Assembly: GCA_017499595.2 (NCBI GenBank)
Contig: CM039007.1
Location: 2,294,001-2,358,000, forward strand
Direction: 5' to 3'
Length of the DNA stretch: 64,000 nt
From: Psilocybe cubensis
Taxonomy: Eukaryota
Shown piece after piece: positions 11,034-22,042 of the stretch. The notes below the pieces were generated by a model. It did no database searches. It saw nothing but the letters and a program-made list of their open reading frames with translations, and was not told where the DNA came from. Positions within the stretch are counted from its first letter, which is position 1. Each line of letters begins with the position of its first letter. The position numbers and the translations under genes were made by a program.

Positions 11034-12865
11034 AGTACCAAAGTCCTCTTTAAAGTCTGTACAGGATGATTATGCTTATCAATGTAGTGATACTCTTATT
11101 GACTGAAGCATTTGATATTACTTTGTAATTAGTAAAAGCTACATCTTTAAAAATCAGTCTTAGAAGAAAAAAATCTGTTTTGTTAACATTTGGCAGTGCT
11201 GGTGCATAATCTCAATTAATATATTAAACTTATTCTATTTTCAAAATCCATATGATAGTTTGTAGTGCAATTTGCCTAGTATAGTATCCAGCTCTTTTAT
11301 TAAGATTAGAGCAAGTTTGGGAGTTACATTACAATAGGTTGTGTTTCTATATACTAAGACTTTGTTGAGCGGATAAATCATGGACTGCCTTGAAATATTG
11401 CAGAGAGCTAATAGAAAATGTACATTTTTTGTTGTGTGTACTATTATATCATTGCCGGTGAAAACCAAAGATAATTCCCATGACCTGTTAAGGTCTTAGT
11501 GGGTTTTTTATGGAGGAGACCAATTTTTTTGCCAAAGTAGATCGCATGATAATTTGTAATCCATTTTCCACATGATAATCTCCACACAGCCCACTCCAGT
11601 CCCCTTTGTTTTTTTTGCAAGATTCTGTTTTCTACAGTAGCGTGTGCCTTTGAAGGCCCTTTAGTTTCAACATAAACCTGCCACGCCATGAGGAGTCAAC
11701 CGGATGTTGACGACAAATGGCGGCAGTGGTGCTGAAATTAACATAAATTCAAGATGTATATAACATAAATTTGTTACTCATATAAAAAGCCATCATACCG
11801 TCTTGTGAGGACTTTGGAGCCTACATTGTCTCAGGACAAAAGTTGTTACAGGACTGCGGAAAAATATCAGGTATTCCAATCAAGTTTATATTTTGCAGTT
11901 GTTTTACTCATTTTGTTAGTTGATAATCAGTACTTTACTACAACTCTATCTCCCGCTTTTTGTCCTGGTTTACTAGTTGCTATTGAAGTTGTAAAAAAAT
12001 CTGGCACAGGTCTTTTGAGGCATTTGCTAAGTCCACTTTTATTATCAAGAGGAGGGCCAGAAATTATCTTCCAAATCCACTACTTATGCAACATTTTTTA
12101 ATAACATCAGCACTTAATTGTACTATTGGCATGCAAAGTCAGATCAAAAACTCTGTGAAAAGGAAAGTAGGTAGAAATAGCCAAAATATGTCTACTAGAA
12201 GAAAAAATAATGATATAGAATATAGAGATATAGTATGTGTTGGTGCGGCTTAGCATAATAATTAAATGCCCAGGTCGTGGGTACTGCCGTAGACTTGCAG
12301 CCCTGATTGATTTTAAACAGAATTCCCACGACCTGATAAGATCTTAGTGGGTTTATTAGGCATCCAAATTTTTTAACAAACCTTGTCATATGATTCTTTG
12401 TAATTATATAATCACGTGTGTTTGTTCATAACACTATAGTAAGTCATTCAAATTCAAACCAACATCCAAGAATGCAGCCTCCTTTTTTCATGCTACGTCT
12501 TATATCCCTATGTCATTCCGCTTTGACTCAGATTGCTTTTAAATTCTAAAAAATGTATTTAGCATTTGTCTTTTGCCCTTTATTATCATCACACTATGAA
12601 TCTCCCTATAGCTTTCATATCTGAACGCTGGCGTTCTGTACTTTTTAACCCACGTTTGCCGGAAAATTATGGTCAATGGGATGCCCAACCAGCTCACACA
12701 CTATCCATTGGCCTCCTCTCCCACAATGTCAATATCCTTTTCAATTATCAATCTTTAAATTTCATTGTTCCCTCAACTTTTATTCCAACCTATTATAACT
12801 TATTTTTAGTCAATGATACAGTAAGTATTTTGGGCAACAATAAGAAGGTAAGGTGAAAAGGTAAG

Positions 12866-13461
12866 TAGTGTTGCTGCCAGAGTGCAATGCAGTGACAGTG
12901 AAGCCATTTTTGGGCGACTGTGACACACTTCACAGTGATCACAGTCCCTATGAAGTGCTGTGAAGTGTTTGTGATGTCATTCACCGTCTTGACCTCATAA
13001 AATGGTTGACGAAAGGTTGACACTTTGCAAGTCATTTTGTTTATATGTATTTACTTAATCAGTGTCCTAATAGTCCAAGTCACTTCAATGTAGCAATTTT
13101 TTTGACTTTATTCAACAAATCCAGCGAAAACCAAGCAGAAATGTGAATCAACGACAAGATCAAAGGGATCTGGACCACGTGCACTGTTGAATATTTTATT
13201 GCAATCTTATCTAGATAGATAAAGGTCATGTGCAATAAATATCCTCCATATATAGTAGGTATCCCGAACATTCTCATGTATTCAACAAAAATGCATGTAA
13301 TACTTCCATATTTAGTCTAGATTATCTGACACTGCAATTTACGGCACACTTTGCAGAGCACTTCACTGCGACTTTGTTGCGCTGTGAAGTGTGTCGGAGA
13401 ATGAAAAAACAGAGTGCAGTCACAGTCACTGCAGAGTGACTGCGCTCTGGCGGCAACACTA
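12866..13461. mobile_element. Non-autonomous hAT-type DNA transposon (MITE), 596 bp
   Basis: 21-bp TIRs: TAGTGTTGCTGCCAGAGTGCA versus the reverse complement of the right end, TAGTGTTGCCGCCAGAGCGCA (19/21). Subterminal inverted block GACACACTTCACAG / CTGTGAAGTGTGTC. Perfect 8-bp TSD AAGGTAAG at 12858-12865 and 13462-13469. No coding capacity. Confidence 0.92.
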
Positions 13462-13641
13462 AAGGTAAGGTCGTGGGCTTTGCCGCAAGCGTGCGGCCCT
13501 GACCTTCACGTGGCCTCGAGGCTCGTAACAAGTGCACGTGATGCACCGACATTGGAGCAAGGCTACACTTTCGCTTCTTCCGAACTCCATATCACCAATG
13601 TCAATGTCCGTAGAAAAATTTGTGTCCATATCCTTCCAGAA

Positions 13642-15134
13642 ATGACCAACGAAACGGCCACCCACGACGTGGATGAAGCAGTCGCGCGCCCAGCGAAGCG
13701 ACGCCGCGTCGAGACTCGGATGCCGGTGCTCGCTGACGGGTTTGTCGTGCATGACACACCGACACCGACGACGGCGAAAGTGGTACATAAGCCCGCCGTA
13801 CCGCGGTTTATATCAGGTTTTAGCGCGGGCGACGGTGTCAATGAGGATGGTACAATACAAGCAGATGTGGGGAGGGCGCCAGGGAAAGGTAGGGATAAAA
13901 TGAAAGGTAAAGCGATGGTGCATAGGCCACCTGTGCTCGTCGCTGGACTTGGAGCGAGCTCGTCCACGTCCAAACTCAATAACGACGACTCTGTGGTACC
14001 TCCAGAGAAATCGAGGGAGAAGAGGCGGGTCGGATCAGTGCCACATCTTGTGCTGAATGCACCGGGAACGGCTAAATCAGCGGGCATTGGCAATGGCACC
14101 GCGTCTCATCTGCGCCCTGCACACGCACCTCCAGCTGTTGTACTCCCTACAAAAACATCCCTACGGCAAATCAACCCCCCGACCATCGTCCTACCCCCCA
14201 AAGCTCCATCCAAAGCTCTTCAACCGATCCAACCCCCCAATCTCCCTTTACACCCAGCAAAGAAAAAGGAACTGTATGCGTTATCCACGTCGGGCCTTGG
14301 GAGGCTGAGTGACCTCTCCTCACAGAACTTTGCGGAGAGTCTAGCGGGGATATTGCTGAGAGACCAGCGGCCTGATCTGACTTTGCTGCGGCTGCAGGAG
14401 GAGAAGGAGGGGAAAGACGATAGCGACTTGTTGCGGGGACTGCAGATGAGCCCGGAGAAGGCAGGGAAAGGAAAGTGGAAAGGAAAGGGAAAGGGTCCTG
14501 CGTTCGTACGGTACGTTTCTTTCTCCTTTTGTTAATGTGTTCATTTCAGTTTTCTTCTCTATCGCGAGTACGGATAACTGAATACTATAATACACAACCC
14601 TACAGAGGTGGGCTGGCCGCACAAGCCGCGTCGTTCTTCGAGCGCTCTTCGACAGCGCATATTCTGTGGAAGAAGGATATCGAGCGTACTGCCGCTGCCA
14701 TACACGCATCTCTGCCTGCCGAATTCAGCGCACGCGTGGTCAAGGTTCTGCACCGGCGAGCAGTGGACACATCGCACGCGCCCTGCATCGCGCTCTGTCA
14801 AATCCGCGCGCAGAACGGGGGACCACATCCCAAATACCAAGCCAGCACACTGTACCGCGTTGTATTCGCCACGCCCACGTCCAAGTCCACTGCAACCAGC
14901 GACAAATCCGCGCCGTCCTTCGCAGAAGGGCAGACGATCTCTATTTTTACACCATACCGCGAACTGTCTACATCCCCAAACGCTTCGAACAACGCACCAG
15001 AGCCTCCGCGACGGCAGCTTGCGCCTCTACCGCTTCTGCTTTTTACCCCGCCAGTGCCCCCTACGCCTGACCCGCTGACGGCGCCTGTGCACAGCACCGC
15101 GATCATATGCACGCGCTTCCAGATACACACCTAA
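13642..15134 (+). CDS. Hypothetical protein (~465 aa): basic NLS-like N-terminus, C-terminal region resembling SPIDR/DUF4502
   Basis: Two exons, 13642-14510 and 14606-15134, joined by a GTACGT...ACAG intron to give ...GPAFVRGGLAAQAASFFERSSTAHILW... PAKRRR lies near the N-terminus. The SPIDR similarity is from recalled motifs only. Confidence 0.75.
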
Positions 15135-15732
15135 CACCCCCCCCGCCGAATTCTGCACCATACCATAACACGCTCTTCTCATTCTTTACCTCCAACTCAT
15201 TTTTCATAGTGCGCGCCATTCATCGCGCTTTGCCTGACCTAGGGGCCCCAGTCCAAATTCGTCTTCTGCTTTCATCCTTTTCACATCGCATCCATCTGTA
15301 AATGTTTCCTGTCCAGATCCACGCCTATCCTAGCCGCTATACCTGTTGCTGTGTACTAGTTACTGACCGTGTTCCTTGTAGTAATAGTAATAATTGATGT
15401 CTTAGAAGGCTGCAGCACATGCACTGTGAGTGCTATCTATGTATGACGGGACTTGCTGAGTCATCCACGCCCCTGTGTTGGGTTGCTCCATCGACGCAAA
15501 CGTTGACTCTTCCCAAGTTGCAACTTGCTCTGTCGCATACCCCATGTCCCCCACCCTCTGAATATCTGTCCGCGGTCTGATATCCAATACCCACAACTGT
15601 GTACGTTCTGTGTTGTACACCCCAGATCCACATCAAGCATCCTGATCTTCCCTATCTAGTCACTTTGTGCCAGAAAAATACCCATAGACCATCGACTGCA
15701 AAGTCGTATACCCCATCGCACCCAAGGCGAGC

Positions 15733-17984
15733 ATGCATTCTGATGCGTTTGACGTGATACCGTACGATGTAAGTCTCCTGCCCGCGCGCGAGAAGGGTAG
15801 ATGCCGATCCACACCCCACTTGGATCTTTCCTCGTCTCGCACCCGCGCCGATGTGCTACGATTTTCTGTTTGCAATTGGGTATTTACATATGCCGTTTGT
15901 ACAGGATATCAAGGGCGACTGGCAGAAGCTCGGTTCTGGCTCCTTTGGAAATGTGTACAAAGGTCACTACCTCTCGGATCTTGCTCTCTCTTTGCACTAA
16001 TTCCCCCATAGGCAACTACCTCGGCATCGAAGTCGCGATAAAAGAGGTGCTCCCCTCGACCGAATACGATGTCGCCAAATACTTTGAACGCGAATGGCGA
16101 CTCATGAAAGAGTGCCGGCACCCCAACATCTGCCTCTTCATCGGACTCTCCCGCGCACCCCCGCCAGACAACCGCATCTTCATCGTCTCCGAATACATAG
16201 ACAACGGCAACGTGCGGCTCTACATCCACGACACCGCCCGCCCCTTCCCGTGGAAACTGCGGCTCTCCTTCGCCACAGACGTCGCCCGCGCACTCGCCTA
16301 CCTGCACGCGCGCTCCTGCATCCACCGCGACCTCAAAGGCGAGAACCTCCTCGTCACGTCCAACGGGCGCCTCAAAATCACCGACTTTGGCTTTGCGCGC
16401 ATCGCCGCGCGCAACTCGGAAGAGTCCAAGCGGCTCACCTTCTGCGGCACCGACGCGTACATGTCCCCCGAGATCCTGCGCGGCGACGCCTTCGCGCTGC
16501 CCACGGACGTCTTCTCGCTCGGCATCATCCTCTGCGAGATCGGTGCGCGCCGTCTTGCTGACGAACACCACTTCAAGCGCGCTGCGCCCTCTTTCGGTAT
16601 CGATCCCGCTGAGGTGAAGCGTCTGATGAGCCCTGGGTGCCCAGACGACTTTTACCAGCTATGTCTCGATTGCCTGCACACAGACCCCACCGCGCGTCCC
16701 ACAACGCGCGTCATCCTTGCGCGGCTTGGAGCGATCGAGGCCGAGGTCCTGCGCCGCCCGGGCGAGGGCGACGATGGGATGCATCTCGGAAGCGTGCGCT
16801 TTATGACGGGCGGCAAGCGGCCGACGCCCGCACCACGCATACCGAGCTTCGGTATGGGCGTAGGCAAGGATATCCGCAGCGGCGGGGCGAGCTCGTCAGA
16901 GGACGACAGTGACGACGAGGAGCTCATGGAGGCTGTTGCGGGCCTGTCCAGCGTTGGCATCAAAAGCGATTGGAGCGATAAATCCCTAAGTGAGCTCACT
17001 GTCCTCCTCCAATTTTGTCTACCTTTTTAATTTTACATCCATCTAGGCAAGCAACCGTTGCTCAACCGCACAACGGAATCCCATGGCTCAGAATACAGCA
17101 CAACAGTAATCAAACCGCACAACACATCCTCTCTTCCTCCCTCGCTCTCCTCGATCCTTACCATCCGCCCCTCTCCCGACCCTTCCCCCGCAGACCCGCC
17201 TTCCCCTCCTCAAGGCGCATCAACGCTCAACGGCCGCGCACCGCTCCAGGCCCTAGAAGACCCACTCGGCACCTCCTCCATCCTCTCCATCGCGACGATG
17301 GACTCATACCACACCGCCTCCGCCGCATCCGTCTCTCTCTCATCATCCACCGTCTCCAGCGCATACGCCACGGAGGGCGGGTCGACCATCCGCGGCGTCG
17401 ACGTCGACGGGGGTGGATACGCGCCTCCGCTCGTGCACCGTTTCACGCTGCTCAAGCCCGGCGCGAAGCAGAAGCGGCATAGCGGAAGCGGACCTGGCTC
17501 GCCCCCGCTCGGCGGCGCTGCCAACGGTAATGGCAACGGCAACGGTGGTGGTGGTGGTGGTGGTGGTGGTGCCGCGGCTCCAGAGACGTCGGGATGGAAC
17601 CCGCTCGAGATCCTATTCTCCAGCGGGCTGCTCGTGGGCAAATGCGATCTGTGCAATAAACGCCTGGGATGGAAGCCCGTGCTGGAGTGCGACGACTGTG
17701 GACTACGGTACGCACACCCTTACTACCATTTTTCATCATACATACGTCCCAGGACGCTAACCCTGCGTTGTTGCAGAACACACGTCAAATGCGGGGAGCT
17801 CGCGCCGCAGAACTGCGGCATCCGCCTCGCAGGGGCGGGGGGTGTCAGCGGGCCCGTCCCGACGCAAGAACAGCTGCAGAACCCGTTCTACGCCATGTCG
17901 CCGCTGTCCAAGGTCCGCCAGCAAGCGCAGCACGCCGGGGAGCAGATGAAGACGCGTTCAGCGGGCCCTCTTGCACGGCGCTAG
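15733..17984 (+). CDS. TKL-group LISK (TESK/LIMK-like) protein kinase with C-terminal C1 zinc-finger domain
   Basis: Spliced GSGSFGNVYKG, VAIK, HRDLKGEN, DFG, CGTDAYMSPE and DVFSLG. C-terminal HRF...CDLC...CDDC..THVKC...C. Introns at 15769-15904, 15963-16011, ~16989-17046 and ~17708-17776. Confidence 0.92.
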
Positions 17985-18675
17985 CCCCCCTCCCGCGTAG
18001 GTAGGTAGCTGGATATGCTGACATTGCTGCTCTCTTTCTTCATTTTTTTTTCCGTTTCATTCAACGGGTTTACGACGATACGACGCATGACGATATTCAA
18101 TCAACTTCATTCAAGCACACGCACGCACATACGGAACCCGCAAGCATAACTTATGCACAAGCAACAAACGTCTCTTTTAAAGTTCTCCTCCATCCCTCCC
18201 TCCCTCCCTCTTTCTCTTCCATTTTCTCCGCGGTTTCTTTTCATCATACACTTTTCTCGTCTCACGGACTTTCTCTTTCTCTCTCTCTCTTTTCAGTATT
18301 GACTTTCATCGTTGTTATACTCGTTACTCTGTATCGTGTGTCTACCAGTACTCTATTCATTATAAATCAATAATCCAAGGATGGTCAAGTACTTCTATAT
18401 TATATCATAATAGTATAAGGCAAGGCGTACGTCTAAATTTCTAAATTCGTCTAAGATAGTAGCAAAGCATCAGCATCAGCATCAGCATCACAGCCAACCA
18501 ATTACTCCTCCCCGGCACATCCAATTTCAGCCTGCCTGTCCAACGCGACACCACACCACACAACGCGACACAACGCAACGCAACGGACAGCGCAGTCCAA
18601 TAGCAACTACCCCCGCACTCCCTCCACTCCACTCCGCTCCGTCTCGTTCACGTTTACTTTTACTTGGATTATGGT

Positions 18676-21600
18676 TTACTTGGTCCGCAGCCCTCTAATC
18701 TCAGCACCGAGTTCAATAGCCCGCTTCCCCTCCAACCAAAGCATCGCCTCTATCAAAAAAAAGAAAAGTAAAAGGAGGTCATCAGCTTCTTGTTCGATTA
18801 TTACATTCTTGTTTTTTTTTTGGGGGGGGGAGGGGGGAGGCTGGATAAAAGTATCCGTATCGTGAGACCCGTGAGACCCGTGTTCAGTGTCTATATCCAG
18901 GAAACGCAGACATAGACATAGATAGACACGGACACATGGACATGGACAGACATCGAAGACAATGTCATTTTTGTCTGGCACTCGCAACCCAATCCAAACC
19001 CCCATGCATCTCTCCAGATGGACACCGGTATTCAAACTCAAGGACAACCCACAGCCCCCAAAGCCAAAGGCCAAAACCCAAAACCCAAAGCCAAAAAAAA
19101 AGACAGAGAGAGAGAAACAAAAGATCGAGAATTAAACACCCACCTCTATAAGTCTTCGGTACAACCTTCCTCAAATCCGGACTCGCAATCTCTTTATCCT
19201 GGCACCACGTGAACCTGAAATCATTCGTCGTCTGCTCCTGGCCCGTTTTCACGTCGACCACGTTCGCTTTGACGCCTACGTGCTATTATCCCACGAACGG
19301 GGAAAAAGTGAGTAGCTCGGTGAGTGACGGGTCAAATCGCATGTCAAACAAAGAATAAAAAGAAAAGTTGAAAGGGTATCAATGATGCGAAGATGAAGAT
19401 GAAGATGGAAAGATGAAAAGAAGAATGGATGCACTGCGAGTGAGATGTCGCATGATACTATAGGACGAGATAATCATCATCACTGATGATGATGATGATG
19501 GATGGATGGGACGTTGATGGTATGATGAACAGACACAGTGATACAGTCCATTATAACCATCCCTCAAACATATATACACATATATATGCTGAGGAGATGA
19601 CAAAATGCCGGGGAAGCCAACGATAACAGATAAAACAAACATCAAATCAAATAAAAATAAAAAACAGAAACATGACAGAAACAGAACAGAACAGAAACAT
19701 CCAAAAAAAACCACAAAACCACAACAACACAAAAAAACAAAAAAAAACAAAGAAACCAAAAAACGAAAACTCACAACTAAAATGGCATACCCAGCCTCCG
19801 CCGCCTCAGTCGTATACAAAATCTGCGACCTCAGTCTCAGAATCGATCCAATAGGCACAGGGCGTGCAAAGGAGATGCCGTCAAGCGAGAGGAAACGGAC
19901 GTGGCCGCGCGTGAACATGCTTGCATTTGCGAATCCCAGCTTCAAGCGATGGAAAGAAATGTATATATCAGTTTTATGGATGGGTTAAAGGAACAGAGTA
20001 TACGCCGGGATCGCCATCGCCAATCGCCAATCGCCATCGCCACTTGCTATGCGATGCGATGCGATGCGCAAAGTTGCAAACCCCGCACTGACCTCATAAG
20101 CTAACCGCATAAGATACCCTCCAAAAATCTTTTGATGGATGCTATCAGACGAAAAAAAAAATCAGCAAATCAGAACCTCCACCCCCCCCCCCCCCCCCCC
20201 CCCCCCCCCCACCCCCACCACCCACCAACACCCAACACATCACCCAACAAAAAAAAACGCGTACGCACTTCCTCTCCTGCGGAAACATCAACAAACACTT
20301 CTCCAACACCGTATCGCCCATCCACACATGATCCACCCCCGGATCAAGATCCCCGCCTCCCTCCACCCGTTCCTTTCCTTGCCCGTGTTTTAGATATACA
20401 GCGTGCAGCTCCTCTGCTTCTTCAGAGCTAGGCGGGACGCGCGAGAGCGATTTGAGTGCTGAGGACTGGCGGCGCTGCTTCATATCTGGTCATCCACAAC
20501 CCAGACATGCCCAATTGCAATTCAATATCATGCATATAATCACAGCTATGAATGAAGGGGTGAAGACGTACGTTCTCCTAGGAGGTGCAAGCTGCGCTCT
20601 TCGGGCGTGGTGAGCGCAAGAGGGTTAACCTGGCGCGCGCGGTGCGTCGTCGAGTTACGACACACCATCGAGAATCTGCCTACAACACACATACGCACAC
20701 AAAAATTCAGACACGGAAAAACAACACATTACTCGGAAGAATGCTGCACTGACCAATGAGGACAGTCTCGTCCGGCAGCCCTTTGCCCGTCGACTCCATT
20801 TTCACTGCAACTTCCATCGAGCTGCGGCCTGTATATATGACTTGGCCACTTAACCTCAGATCTCTAGTTGGATCCAGCGGGGAAAGCATGTCGAGTCTAT
20901 AAGACGGTGTATGTTAGCAAACAAGTACATGCGATGGGGTGAACCTTGGATGAATAGACTCGAACGTGGATGAATAGACTCGAACGCACCTGTCGACTGA
21001 AGCAGTGACGATGTAGAACCCGCTATTTTGGATGTTCACAACCGTTGGGCCGAGCATATGTTTATACGCGATAGATCCCGCCAACGAGTCGAGGTGCTCC
21101 ATCAACCTACACGAAAAAGCAATCTTGAGAAAAACGACTACAACGCCAAAATATCCGCGAGAGACAGACAGAACACTGACTTTCCTGTCCTGATCCCGCC
21201 AGAGGCGTTGGTATACTGCTCCAAAAGCTCCGAGGACGAGCCGAAAGGGAGGACGAGCTCTGAATACGATTCGTGCATGTACCGCGGGGCCAGCGGGACG
21301 TCATCTTTGGTCTCGTCCTTGGCTTCTTTCAGCTGAGGCTTGGTGGTCGCATTCAAGAGGGTCTCTGACCAGAGACTTCGGGATCGCATGGGGACGGCGC
21401 TAGACGTATTAGATCAACCAGCCGTACCGTAATCGGTAAGCTCAAGGAAGTCAAGGAACGGACCTGTGATACGTAGGGTCCGATCTTTCCCCTAAAAGCC
21501 AAAATTGAATGAATGGTTGAGAAGGGGCCAACAACGCCAATAGGTTACGAAAAAAAGAAAACAAGAACAGAACACTCACTGACCGCCCGCAATAGGGTAT

Positions 21601-21745
21601 CCATCGACGACACATCCTTGTTCTCCTCCGCGACAGCCTTGTGTGCGTCTGATTTCGCGTTCTCTGGTGGTGGAGTTGAGTGGATGAGACGGGGATGGGT
21701 GGGAAGACGAGGCTTTTTTGCGCGTCTAAATGCAAAGGAGAGCAT
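18676..21745 (-). CDS. Double HotDog-fold acyl-CoA thioesterase (ACOT9-like), probably mitochondrial
   Basis: Exons encode MLSFAFRR (transit-peptide-like), YTNASGGIRTG, MEHLDSLAGSIAYKH, IVTASVD, TGRSSMEV, LMFPQER, IFGGYL, ISFARPVPIGSIL and VVPKTY...EAMLWLEGKRA. Confidence 0.88.
20182..20210. repeat. C29 homopolymer (G29 on the transcribed sense strand) in a thioesterase intron
   Basis: Direct reading; flanked by further C-rich runs. Confidence 0.9.
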
Positions 21746-22042
21746 TTTTTCGCGGAAAAACATCAATGAGGGAAGAGATATGTCGGAGCGGGAATTGCCG
21801 AGGACATTGAGACCTTGGCAACAGAAGATAGCGGCGAAAGAGTGATATGATCTTACCCTGGTTGCTCGAAAGTATGAACCTGGGAAAATAGAAAGCCATA
21901 GCCTTGGGTTGATTGTTCTGTTCTGCCTGGCTTGAGCCACTGTCAGTTTGAGTGTCCCTCTTCCTCGTCTTCTCTCAGCGGCAGGACCGTTTTCCTCAGC
22001 TTTCCCCTCGCTGAGCTGGTTCTTTATTCACTCGTTTATATC

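Noticed and set aside
11034-12857. AT-rich, CpG-poor stretch with short ORFs, possibly an old TE or gene relic
   Set aside because: I could not identify any recognisable motif, termini or TSD.
13414-13641. N-terminal extension of the 373-aa ORF
   Set aside because: It begins at a GTG inside the MITE TIR. The first plausible ATG is at 13642.
15909-17781. Many overlapping alternative-frame and antisense ORFs over the kinase gene
   Set aside because: By-products of GC-rich coding sequence with no recognisable domains.
18965-19143. Alternative C-terminus of the thioesterase (…DWVASARQK)
   Set aside because: This is intronic low-complexity sequence. The family-typical end EAMLWLEGKRA lies in the exon ending at 18676.
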